Shown: in pieces, positions 21,601-30,996 of the stretch
How positions within the stretch are numbered: the first letter of the stretch is position 1
How the letters are laid out: every line of letters begins with the position of its first letter
DNA from: an uncultured Chloroflexia bacterium
GTDB taxonomy: Bacteria > Chloroflexota > Limnocylindria > Limnocylindrales > CSP1-4
Assembly: GCA_963827965.1 (NCBI GenBank)
Contig: CAWHCW010000002.1
Coordinates: forward strand, 141,694 to 205,693
Length of the DNA: 64,000 nucleotides
Direction of reading: 5' to 3'
The notes under the pieces: model-generated
Database searches by the model: none
Told to the model about the DNA's origin: nothing
Seen by the model: the letters and a program-made list of their open reading frames with translations, nothing else
Position numbers and translations under genes: made by a program

Positions 21601-22947
21601 GTGTCCGGGGCGACCCCTGCTGCGAATGCCCTCGGTCCTCCCGTCGCTTCGTCGCCCCTGAAGATCCGCGACTTCCGACTCCTTTGGCTCGGGGAGGCGA
21701 TCTCGGCCCTCGGTGACCAGTTCACGATCGTCGCGCTGCCATGGCTCGCGCTCCTCATGACCGGCAGCGCGCTGGCGCTGGGCACGGTTCTCGCCGTCAT
21801 GGCGATCCCCCGAGGGCTGCTCATGCTCGTGGGCGGCGTGTTGGTCGACCGGAAGTCCCCCCGCCGGTTGATGATCGCGGCGAACCTGGTGCGTCTGGGC
21901 ACGGTCGTCGCGCTCGGGTCGCTCGTGCTCTGGGGAGCCGTCGAGGTGTGGATGCTGTACGCGTTCGCCCTCGCCTACGGCGTGGCCGACGCGATGTTCT
22001 TCCCGGCGCAGCATGCCATCGTTCCCGCCCTTGTCGACGAGAGCCGGCTCCAGCAGGCGAACGGGATCGTCCAGGGCACAGGGCAGCTCGCGCTGTTCGC
22101 CGGGCCGGCGATCGCGGGCTTGTTCGTCGCCACGCTCGGGGCGAGCGGCAGCACGCCGAACCTCTCGGGGCTCGGCGCGGCACTCCTCGTCGACGGCCTG
22201 AGCTTCGCAGGCTCCCTGACGACGTTGCTGTTCATCCGGGGCGGCTCTGCCGGCGGCGGTGCCGGCGAGCGAATGATCGATGCGATGAGGGCCGGCATCG
22301 ACTTCGTCTGGCGTTCCCCGACAAAGCGCTTCGTCCTGTTGTTCGTGATGGCCATCAACCTGCTCGTCGTGGGGCCGTTCACGATTGCCGTCCCGCTGAT
22401 CTCGTATGCCCGCCTGCCCGAGGGTGCCGCGGCATTTGGCGCCATCCTCTCGGCGATGGGCGGAGGGGCGCTCCTCGGCATGCTTGCGGCTGGCGCGCTG
22501 CCATCGCCCCGGCCGGCCCTGTTCGGCCCGACCGTGCTGTCCGTCCTTGCCATCACGGGGCTCGGCGTCGCGGCACTGGCGTTCACGGGCTCGATGCTGG
22601 CCGCGGTCGTGATTGCCGCGGTGATGGGAACAGCCAGCGGCTACGGCAACATCCTGCTCGTCACCTGGACACAGCGGCGCATCCCGCGAGCCCTCATGGG
22701 ACGGGTCATCAGCCTGATCGGCCTTGCCTCGACGGCGCTGGTGCCGGTCTCGCAGGTCATCACCGCGATGACGGTGCAGGTCAGCCTCGACGCCACCCTG
22801 TTGCTGGCCGGGGGCGCCCTGACGCTGATCGCCGTCCTGAGCGCGGTGACGCCGACGGTCCGGACGATGGGCCTCGAGCCGACTCTCCGGGAGGCGTCCG
22901 TGCCGTCGGCGCAGCCTGGCTCGTCCTCGCAGCGGGCTTCGTCCTGA
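21601..22947 (+). CDS. MFS transporter (EntS/MFS_3-like)
   Basis: GTG 21601 overlaps the upstream stop. LKIRDFRLLWLGEAISALGDQFTIVALPWLAL..VGGVLVDRKSPRRLMI. 12 TM-like segments. Intact. Confidence 0.8.
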   Translation: MSGATPAANALGPPVASSPLKIRDFRLLWLGEAISALGDQFTIVALPWLALLMTGSALALGTVLAVMAIPRGLLMLVGGVLVDRKSPRRLMIAANLVRLGTVVALGSLVLWGAVEVWMLYAFALAYGVADAMFFPAQHAIVPALVDESRLQQANGIVQGTGQLALFAGPAIAGLFVATLGASGSTPNLSGLGAALLVDGLSFAGSLTTLLFIRGGSAGGGAGERMIDAMRAGIDFVWRSPTKRFVLLFVMAINLLVVGPFTIAVPLISYARLPEGAAAFGAILSAMGGGALLGMLAAGALPSPRPALFGPTVLSVLAITGLGVAALAFTGSMLAAVVIAAVMGTASGYGNILLVTWTQRRIPRALMGRVISLIGLASTALVPVSQVITAMTVQVSLDATLLLAGGALTLIAVLSAVTPTVRTMGLEPTLREASVPSAQPGSSSQRASS

Positions 22948-23007
22948 CATCCAAGGGGACCTCGGCCGTCGACCGAGGCGCTCGCCCGGCACCGGATCGC
23001 GCCTTCC

Positions 23008-23059
23008 GAATTCAACCCCCCGGTCCGTCCAACGATGGATGTGCCAGGTGCCGGTTGAG
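23008..23059 (+). promoter_or_regulatory. Recurrent leader motif, copy E
   Basis: GAATTCAACCCCCCGGTCCGTCCAACGATGGATGTGCCAGGTGCCGGTTGAG. The inner stem GGTCCGTCCA/TGGATGTGCC pairs, with G-U pairs and one mismatch. Confidence 0.55.
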
Positions 23060-23183
23060 CCCCATCCTGCTCTCCGTTGGCGCTGCAGCAGTCGACGCCC
23101 CGTGTGACCGTCACGGGCCCGCCGCAAGCACCGACCCGCGCAAGTCATCATGGGAATGGCAATTCGCGATCGAGGAGGCTCCG

Positions 23184-23762
23184 ATGACCAGGGTTCAAGT
23201 TGTCTACGCCAGCCGTCACGGTGGCACGGCCGGGATCGCCGCCCGGATCGCCGAGGTTCTGCGGACCGAAGGCGCAAGCGCCGTGGTCGCCGACGCCGCC
23301 GAGCGGCCCGATCCGGCAGGCTTCGACGCGTACGTGATCGGCAGCGGCGTCCAGATCGGCAAGTGGCACGGAGAGGGGTTCGAGTTTCTCGAGCGGAACC
23401 AGTCGACGCTCGCCACGCGGCCGGTGTGGCTCTTCAGCAGCGGGCCCCTGCCCGGCTCGACGAAGGAGACGGCGGCGACGGATCCGCTGACGAATGCCCT
23501 GGGCCCCGAGGAGGGACCGGGGAGCGGCGGTCGCAAGAAGATCGCCGCGCTCTCGGCCGCGATCCACCCTCGCGACCATCGCGTCTTCCAGGGCGCCTTC
23601 GACCCGAACGACCCCCCCAAGTCGATGCAGGAGCGGCTGGTTCGCCTGATGCCGGCAGCGAAGAAGATCCTCCCCGCCGGCGACTTCCGCGAGTGGCACG
23701 CCATCGAAGCCTGGGCCCACGAGATCGCGGCGGAGCTGGTCGCCAAGGTCCCTGCCGGCTGA
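23184..23762 (+). CDS. Flavodoxin-domain protein (192 aa)
   Basis: GAGGAGG RBS. MTRVQVVYASRHGGTAGIAARIAEVL..FDAYVIGSGVQIGKWHGEGFEFLERN..RPVWLFSSGPL..GDFREWHAIEAWAHEIAAEL. Confidence 0.8.
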   Translation: MTRVQVVYASRHGGTAGIAARIAEVLRTEGASAVVADAAERPDPAGFDAYVIGSGVQIGKWHGEGFEFLERNQSTLATRPVWLFSSGPLPGSTKETAATDPLTNALGPEEGPGSGGRKKIAALSAAIHPRDHRVFQGAFDPNDPPKSMQERLVRLMPAAKKILPAGDFREWHAIEAWAHEIAAELVAKVPAG

Positions 23763-23763
23763 G

Positions 23764-23816
23764 CTTCCGGCTACGGCGTCATCGACTCGGTCAGGCCGAA
23801 GCCGCGGAGGCGGAGC
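23764..23816 (+). repeat. 53-bp direct repeat, left copy (duplicate of the 3' end of the saccharopine dehydrogenase gene)
   Basis: cttccggctacggcgtcatcgactcggtcaggccgaagccgcggAggcggagc differs from 27224-27276 at one base. Confidence 0.9.
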
Positions 23817-23834
23817 CAAACGCGCGCCTCCGTC

Positions 23835-24305
23835 TCAGGAGCGGACGACCTGCTCGCCATGAATCTCGCCCTGCCACGCACCGGTTGGGACGCGGCGCTC
23901 CTCGATGAACGCCTTGAACCGTTCGAGGTCACCCTGGATCTGGCGGTCGAGGAGCCCGGCCGCATCCCCGATGTGCTCGACGATCCCGTCGGGCTGCGCC
24001 TCGATCGAGAGCGTCACTCGTGTATGGCCGCCATCAAGCGGCGCGAACAGCACGGCGCCGGCGTTCTTGGTGCCCTGCGTGCTCTTCCAGGCGATCCGCG
24101 TGTTGGGCGTCTGGTCGACGATCTCGGCCGTCCATTCCTCGCGCTTTCCGGCGATCTTCACCCACCACGTCAGCGTCTTGTCGTCGTGCTGGACCACTCG
24201 TTCGACGCCCTCCATGAAGGATGGGAACGACTCGAACTGGGTCCACTGGTCATACGCGGCCTCGACCGGGACATCCACCACAATCTGCTTTTCCACGCGC
24301 GACAT
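23835..24305 (-). CDS. SRPBCC-family (polyketide cyclase/dehydrase-like) protein
   Basis: GGAGGAG RBS. MSRVEKQIVVDVPVEAAYDQWTQFESFPSFMEGVERVVQHDDKTLTWWVKIAGKREEWTAEIVDQTPNTRIAWKSTQG. Confidence 0.8.
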   Translation of the reverse strand: MSRVEKQIVVDVPVEAAYDQWTQFESFPSFMEGVERVVQHDDKTLTWWVKIAGKREEWTAEIVDQTPNTRIAWKSTQGTKNAGAVLFAPLDGGHTRVTLSIEAQPDGIVEHIGDAAGLLDRQIQGDLERFKAFIEERRVPTGAWQGEIHGEQVVRS

Positions 24306-24846
24306 CCACATCTCCTCCTGGACTGTCGGGGCCGACGGGCGTCGCCCGGCGACGCTCAGGGTGCATGTCGGCAGGGCCCGAACGGACCGGCGCCAGCGGC
24401 TGCGGCGTTGCAGTCGCCTCAAAAGGCCGCTCCGGCCGCCCCAGCGCCCGTGTGATCGACGGCGGTCCTCGTCTTCCTGACGGTTCGGTCCGCGATGGGT
24501 CGTGGCGTTCGGCCGAACAGACTCGTCAACTGACGCGCCGCTTGACGGGCGCCATCCCATCTGTAACAGTAATGGTGATTGGTCGTAGAAATGACCATCC
24601 GCGACGCCACCCGGAGATGCGGCGAGCTCCGGGTGCCCCGCGACTTCCGCTGCCACCTCAACCTCGAACGATCGGACCGGCCAATGAGGGCGATCCCGCC
24701 CCACGTCCCGAAGCAGCACTGACCGATGGCACCGGCCGCCCTCGACACACTCGGCGCCGTCCTTCCGGAATACCGGCCTCTGCTGACCGACCAGCTGTTC
24801 CTTCGCTATGGGCTGACCGGACATCTCGAGGCACGGGAGAACGAGC

Positions 24847-26123
24847 ATGACTGACATCGAGACGACCGTGATCATCGGCGCGAGCCTCGCGGGCGTGAAC
24901 GCGGCCGAAGCCCTGCGCAAGGAGGGCTATGACGGCCAGATCGTGATGTTCGGCGAGGAGCCACAGCCGCCATACCTGCGGCCGCCGCTCTCGAAGGAGT
25001 ACCTGCGGGGCGAGGGCGAGCTGGACCACGTGTTCGTGCATCCCGAGGCGTGGTACGCGGAGCAGCGGATCGAGCTGCGTCTGTCGACTCCGATCCGCGC
25101 CATCGATCCGGCGACACGCGGAGGTCGTGCTCGACGACGGACAGCGCCGTCGCATTCGACCGCCTGCTGATCGCGACTGGCGCCGCGCCGCGACGGTTGA
25201 CCATCCCAGGAAGTGACCTCGCCGGCGTCCACTACCTGCGCACGTTGGAGGATGCCGACGCGATCCGTGATGCCATCACCGGAGCACACCGCGTGGTCGT
25301 GATCGGTGGGGCTGGATCGGCGCCGAGGTCGCGGCGTCGGTTCGTCAGCTCGGCCTGCCCGTCGCGATGATCGCCGACGGTTCCGTTCCCCTCGAGCGCG
25401 TGCTCGGGACCGAGGTCGGGACCGTCTACCGCGACCTCCACGCCGAGCATGGCGTCGAACTGGTCATGAACCAGCGCGTCGTGGCATTCCGCGGTCGGAG
25501 CGCGGTCGAGGCCGTCGAGACGGCCGACGGCACGCGGATCGAGGGCGACCTCGTCGTGGTCGGGGTCGGCGCACAGCCGCGAACGGAGCTCGCCGACGAC
25601 GGCCGGGCTCGAGGTCGGCGACGGGATCCTTGTCGACGAGCACCTCGAGACGAGCGTGCGCCGGGATCTTCGCCGCCGGGGACGTCGCCGCGGCGTGGCA
25701 TCCGTTGCTCGGGGCGCGGATCCGCGTCGAGCACTGGGACAACGCGCGGCGCCAGGGCCGGGCGGCGGCCCGCAACATGCTCGGCAAGGTCGAACCGTAT
25801 CTTCGGCTCCCGTACTTCTACTCCGACCAGTACGACCTCGGCATGGAGTACGTCCGGGTACGCGCCGACGTGGGACCGGGTCGTGTTCCGGGGCGAGCCC
25901 TCCGAGCCGCGCGTTCGTCGCCTTCTGGCTCAGCGATGGCCGCGTCGTGGCCGGCATGAACGCCAACGTCTGGAAGGTCAACGACGCCATCGCGGCGATC
26001 GTCCGGTCTCGCGGAGAAGGTGGACATCGAGCGTCTCGTCGACCCGTCGTCCCGCTCGACGATCTCGAGTCACTGCTGGCTCGCGGGCAGAGCATGGGCT
26101 GCGCCGAACGTCGCACATCGTGA
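24847..26123 (+). CDS. FAD-dependent ferredoxin--NAD(P)+ reductase (pyridine nucleotide-disulfide oxidoreductase); about 8 frameshifts
   Basis: [53 protein letters not shown]. Then [66 protein letters not shown] and [20 protein letters not shown] are spread over all three frames. Confidence 0.75.
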
Positions 26124-26165
26124 CTCGGGCGTCGCCCGTCTGACACCCATGGAGAGGTCAAGGTC

Positions 26166-26469
26166 ATGTTGGTACGGATCGGCAACGCGTCGGACGTCCG
26201 TCGATGGGACGATGCACGTCTTCGACGTCGCGGGGACAAAGGTGAACGTGTCGAACGCGGACGGTCACCTGTACGCGTTCGATGACACCTGCACGCACGC
26301 GGGGTGCTCGCTCGCGGACGGGGGAGCTGGACGGGACCACGGTGACCTGCGCCTGCCATGGCAGTCAATTCGACGTGACCACTGGCGCCGTCCTGCGCGG
26401 ACCGCCCAGCGGCCCGTTCGTTCCCGGGCCGTGCAGGTCGAGGGCGCGGACCTGCTTGCCGAGGCGTGA
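26166..26469 (+). CDS. Rieske [2Fe-2S] ferredoxin; 2-3 frameshifts
   Basis: MLVRIGNASDV / GTMHVFDVAGTKVNVSNADGHLYAFDDTCTHAGCSLADG / TVTCACHGSQFDVTTGAVLRGP / AVQVEGADLLAEA. Carries the CxH..CxxH Rieske motifs. Confidence 0.75.
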
Positions 26470-26624
26470 GGAGAATGCTCATCCGGGTCTCGGGCGTCAG
26501 GCGACCAGGGCTGCGGCGGCGTCCGCTTCGAGGCAGCCTACCGGGTCACCCCGAGCGGCGAGAGACCCTCTGGCCGCACGCGATCCTTCGGGACCTGATC
26601 GGCTGAACAGGCGCCGAGCGAGCG

Positions 26625-27167
26625 TCAGTCGGCGTGCTCGTGCGCCTCGCCGTGCTCCTCGTGGGGACCGGCCGAGGCGCAGGCGTAGAGCTTGTGGGAC
26701 CAGACCTCGAGGCCGAGCATCGCCTCCACGTACTGGCGGGCGGACGCGACACCCTCGCCGGCGTGGTGCTTGAGGGTCATCGCCCGCCCGAACCGCTCGA
26801 GGACCTCGCGGCGGACCTTCTCGGTCAGGACCTGGACCAGCTCGTCGGGCGAGCCTGACTCGATCGCCCGCTCGGCGACCGGCACGACCGGCCCGAATCC
26901 CAGGCCCGCCGGCTTGAGGCCCGTGTACGGTGCACCCTCGCCGGCGCGATGGACGCGGACCGCAGCCTCATAGAAGTAGAGGTCGGCGAGTTCGTTCGCC
27001 GCGGCGTTGCCATCGTGGGCCGCGAGCGTCCGCTCGAACGCCGCGAGGACCTCGGCCTCACCATCGGTCTTCACGTACGGGAGGATGAGCTTCGGGTCGC
27101 GCTCGGCGAGCGCCCGCTTCGCAGCCAGGACGACCGGACCATCCATCGAGTCACAGTGCGGAGGCAT
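26625..27167 (-). CDS. DUF6448-like protein (180 aa)
   Basis: Intact ORF MPPHCDSMDGPVVLAAKRALAERDPKLILPYVKTDGEAEVLAAFERTLA..HHAGEGVASARQYVEAMLGLEVWSHKLY. The family assignment is from memory of the MPPHCDSxDGPVV N-terminus. Confidence 0.6.
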   Translation of the reverse strand: MPPHCDSMDGPVVLAAKRALAERDPKLILPYVKTDGEAEVLAAFERTLAAHDGNAAANELADLYFYEAAVRVHRAGEGAPYTGLKPAGLGFGPVVPVAERAIESGSPDELVQVLTEKVRREVLERFGRAMTLKHHAGEGVASARQYVEAMLGLEVWSHKLYACASAGPHEEHGEAHEHAD

Positions 27168-27223
27168 CCGACGATCTCCTTTCGGGTACGGCTTCAGGCG
27201 CCCGACGGCGCCACGTTCACGGA

Positions 27224-27276
27224 CTTCCGGCTACGGCGTCATCGACTCGGTCAGGCCGAAGCCGCGGCGGCGGAGC
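27224..27276 (+). repeat. 53-bp direct repeat, right copy (native 3' end of saccharopine dehydrogenase gene plus 7 nt)
   Basis: See 23764-23816. Confidence 0.9.
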
Positions 27277-28407
27277 TCCTCGGCGTAGAGCGGGCCCGGC
27301 ACCGCGATCTCGGCCGGGTGCGCGCCGCGTGGCGTCACGCCCCGGGCGTTCAGGATGGCCTTGATCGAGCCGTCCCAGCCCGTCGTCCGCTCCATCGCCG
27401 TGAACCCGGTCGCCTCGTCGAAGCGGTCGATCAGCTCGACGACGACCTGGGCCGCGTGCCCGTCGCGTCGCCCCTTCGCCAGCACCCGGACGATCACCAG
27501 GTCCGGTTCGCCGGGCTGCGCCCGCAGCTTCGGGTCGAGGAGGGCGTGGAGGACCTCGCGGGGGACGACGGGCGCCCCGCCGACCTCGATCGGCTCGGTC
27601 TCGAGGAGGCCGGCGTCCATGTAGGCCTTCCAGGCGGCGAAATGGCCGGGCCAGCGGAGGGTCTTGTTCCAGAGCGTCCGCAGCTTCCCCTCGAAGGTCC
27701 ACGGCATCGTCGAGGTGCCGCCCCCGGCGACGAAGGCCTCCATCCGCCCGATCGGCGCGGGGAAGTCGACGGTCTCGTAGTCCTCCTCGCGGAACGTCGG
27801 GCACCTCGACGCGCTGTCCGTCGCGGAGGAAGTGGGCGACGCCGTGGTACTCGTTCGTGAGGCCGGCGATGTTGAAGGTGAGGATGTAGTTGAAGGGCGG
27901 CTTCGGATGGAGCGGGTTGCCGCCGTCCCAGAACGTGACCTCGTCCGTCTCGTCGAGGAGCGACATCGCGTAGACGCTGAGGCTCGTGCCCATCCCCGGG
28001 ACCTGGCCGCAGTCGGGGATCATGGCGATGCCGGCCGCCTCGGCCTCGGGCGAAAGCGCGAGCTGACGGCGCACGAGGTCCGTGTTGCCGCCAAGGTCGG
28101 TCATGCTGGCCCGGGCCTCGATCGCCACCCGGGCGATGGCCGGGTTCAGCCAGTACGGCACGGCGGACAGGAAGGAGTCGACGTCGTCGAGGAACCCCCG
28201 CAGCGCCACCGGATCGGCCGCGTCCACGGCGAACGGATGGGCGATCTCGCAGCCCGCGAGGGCGTTGACGCGGGCGGCGGCCCGGCTTGCAGCCGCGAGG
28301 TCGACGTCGGCGATCTTGACGCGGGCCGCGTCGCCGAAGCGGGCCATGTCGTACGCGGCGGCGGTGCCCTGCCGTCCGGCGCCGACGACTGCGTAGGTGA
28401 AGCTCAC
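27231..28407 (-). CDS. Saccharopine dehydrogenase family protein; one frameshift near 27790
   Basis: MSFTYAVVGAGRQGTAAAYDMARFGDAARVKIADVD..IPDCGQVPGMG..then MEAFVAGGGTSTMPWTFEGKLRTLWNKTLRWPGHFAAWKAYMDAGLL in a second frame. Confidence 0.8.
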
Positions 28408-28546
28408 GAGATCGCTCCTGTCGGGTGGGCCTGCGCGCGAGAGGACGCCACGGACAGCCTACCGGTCCCGGGAATCGAACGAGCGCCGGTCCCTGGGGTT
28501 CCGGCGCTCGGATGATTGCGGGCCGATGGCGGACCGGCAGTGGCGC

Positions 28547-28732
28547 TCAGCGCGACCCCGTGCGGTTCGCGGCGACGTGCGAGCTCCACTCGGAGGGGCG
28601 CGTGTCCGGGGACGCGCTGCTGCCCTGCCAGCCGCACTCGCAGGTGACCATCTGGAGCCGGTGGCGGTACTCGGCGATCACGTGGCGGGGACCCGGATCG
28701 ATCACCGGTCGGCGGGGAATGGGAGATGCCAT
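28547..28732 (-). CDS. Possible small protein (61 aa)
   Basis: GGAGG about 10 nt upstream. MASPIPRRPVIDPGPRHVIAEYRHRLQMVTCECGWQGSSASPDTRPSEWSSHVAANRTGSR. No family recognised. Confidence 0.35.
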   Translation of the reverse strand: MASPIPRRPVIDPGPRHVIAEYRHRLQMVTCECGWQGSSASPDTRPSEWSSHVAANRTGSR

Positions 28733-28954
28733 GGGCGGTGGCCTCCGTTGGTCCGAGCGGCGGGCACTCCGCGGGGACAGGAAACTCCGGGCGGACGGCA
28801 GTGCCGCCCGTCGCGTCGGGAAGTGTCAATCGTACTCCATTTGGCCAGATTCCGGTTCCGCGGCTGGACCACCAGGCCGCCGGCCCGCGTCGCGCGGTAC
28901 GCTGGCCCGGGACGCCGGCGTTCGTCGGCCCCATCTGCCGCAGGAGGTCCTGCC

Positions 28955-29418
28955 ATGGCGTCCGACGAGTCGCCCCCCTCCGCATCGGCCTGGTCGCCCA
29001 CGACCACAAGAAGCGCGACCTCGTCGAGTGGGCGCGCTACAACCTCGCCTTCCTGGCCCGCCACGAGCTGTGGGCGACGGGCACGACCGGCACCCTCCTG
29101 GAGCGCGAGCTGGACCAGCCCGTCGGGAAGCTCCAGAGCGGGCCGCTGGGCGGCGACCAGCAGATGGGCGCCCTCATCGCCGAGGGCAAGATCGACTTCC
29201 TGGTCTTCTTCTCGGATCCGCTCGAGCCGCAGCCCCACGACCCCGACGTGAAGGCCCTCCTCCGCCTGGCGGTCGTGTGGAACATCCCGATCGCGTGCAA
29301 CCGGGCCTCGGCCGACCTCATGGTCTCGTCGCCCCTCCTGGAGGGCAGCTACGTGCGAACGCAGCCCGACTACGGGACGTACATCGGACGCGCCGTGGAA
29401 GATGGCGGCCCGGCCTGA
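28955..29418 (+). CDS. mgsA: Methylglyoxal synthase; frameshift inside a C6 homopolymer at 28973-28978
   Basis: AGGAGG RBS and ATG 28955 (MASDESPP), then RIGLVAHDHKKRDLVEWARYNLAFLARHELWATGTTGTLLERE..GPLGGDQQMGALIAEGKIDFLVFFSDPLEPQPHDPDVKALLRLAVVWNIPIACN in the next frame. Confidence 0.85.
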
Positions 29419-29460
29419 GGTCCGCCGTCCGGACTGGTGACGGCGTGCCGCGGCCCGCCG

Positions 29461-29512
29461 CCGGGGCCGCTCCGCCCGGCCGGGGCCGCTCCGCCCGGCC
29501 GGGCCCGCGCGG
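29461..29512 (+). repeat. 19-bp tandem repeat (2 exact units plus a partial third) in the mgsA-fumC intergenic region
   Basis: ccggggccgctccgcccgg occurs at 29461-29479 and 29480-29498, then ccgggcccgcgcgg. Confidence 0.85.
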
Positions 29513-29554
29513 CAGGCGTACGCTGGCCGCGAGCACCAGCCAGCGAGGGACGTC

Positions 29555-30980
29555 ATGACCGCCGCCGCACCGCACGCTCCCGTCGCCACCCGGACCGAGT
29601 CGGACTCGATGGGCCCGATCGAGGTCCCCGCCGACCACTACTGGGGCGCCCAGACCCAGCGCTCCCTCCACCACTTCGCGATCAGCCGGGACACGATGCC
29701 CGTCCCGATCGTGCGCGCCTTCGGCATCCTCAAGCGGGCCGCAGCCGAGGTGAACGCCGACCTGGGCCTGCTCCCCCCCGACAAGCGCGACCTGGTCGTC
29801 CGGGCGGCCGGCGAAGTCGTCGACGGGACCCTTGCCGGGGAGTTCCCGCTCCGCGTCTGGCAGACCGGCTCCGGAACCCAGTCGAACATGAACGTCAACG
29901 AGGTGATCGCGGGCCGGGCCAACGAGCTGGCGACAGGGTCGCGGGGCGGCAAGGCGCCGATCCACCCGAACGACCACGTGAACATGAGCCAGTCGTCGAA
30001 TGACACGTTCCCGACGGCGCTCCACATGGCCGTCGCCGCGGAGATCGAGGAGCGCCTCATCCCGTCCGTGACCGCCCTCCGCGACGCCCTCGACGCCAAG
30101 GCGCAGGCGTGGATGGGGATCGTGAAGATCGGCCGCACCCACCTCCAGGACGCCGTCCCGCTGACCCTGGGCCAGGAGTTCTCCGGCTACGTCGCGATGC
30201 TCGACGGCGACCTCGGCGCGGCTGCGGGCCGTCCTCCCGGGCCTCCACGAGATCGCCCTCGGCGGCACCGCCGTGGGGACCGGCCTCAACGCCCACCCCG
30301 CGTTCGCCGAGCGCTCCGCCGCCCGGATCGCCGAGCTGACCGGCCTCGGCTTCGTCTCCGCGCCGAACAAGTTCGCCGGGCTCGCCGGCCAGGAGGCGAC
30401 CGTCTTCGCCTCGGGTGCCCTCAAGACCCTGGCCACGAGCTGCATGAAGATCGCCAACGACGTCCGCTGGCTCGGCTCGGGGCCGCGGGCCGGCCTGGGC
30501 GAGCTGCGGCTGCCGGAGAACGAGCCGGGCTCCTCGATCATGCCCGGCAAGGTGAACCCGACCCAGAGCGAGATGCTCACGATGGTCGCCGTCCAGGTGA
30601 TGGCCTACGACGTCGCGGTCGGGATCGCCGGCAGCCAGGGCAACTTCGAGCTCAACGTCTTCAAGCCGATCATCGCCCACGACCTGCTCCACGGCATCGA
30701 GCTGCTGACGGACGGCTGCCGCTCGTTCCGGGAGCACTGCATCGAGGGCCTCGAGGCCGACGAGGAGCGGATCGCCGACCACGTGGCGAGCTCGCTGATG
30801 CTCGTCACCGCGCTCGCCCCGCACATCGGCTACGACAAGGCGGCGAAGATCGCCAAGACGGCCCACCACGAGGGCTCGACCCTCCGGGCGGCGGCGGTCG
30901 CCTCCGGCTTCCTGACGGCCGAGGAGTTCGACGCCTGGGTCAAGCCGGAGGAGATGACCCGCCCGACGCTGGCGGGGTAG
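29555..30980 (+). CDS. fumC: Class II fumarate hydratase; frameshift(s) near 30210-30275
   Basis: [65 protein letters not shown], then [20 protein letters not shown] (signature) in ORF 30273-30980. Confidence 0.9.
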
Positions 30981-30996
30981 ACGCGCGACGGCCGGG

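Noticed and set aside
9931-23059. Leader motif as a guanidine-III riboswitch, or a sigmaR/SigH (GGAAT-N18-GTTG) or sigma54 promoter
   Set aside because: GUGCGCCGU resembles part of the guanidine-III core, but the pseudoknot partner ACGGCGC is absent. GGATG-to-GTTG spacing is only about 12 nt, not 18. GGTGCC..GTTGA does not fit TGGCAC-N5-TTGC. The motif is therefore kept as unassigned.
8212-23816. Integrative genomic island at tRNA-Pro
   Set aside because: No integrase or recombinase gene was seen, and no direct repeat of the tRNA 3' end. It is kept only as a low-interest note.
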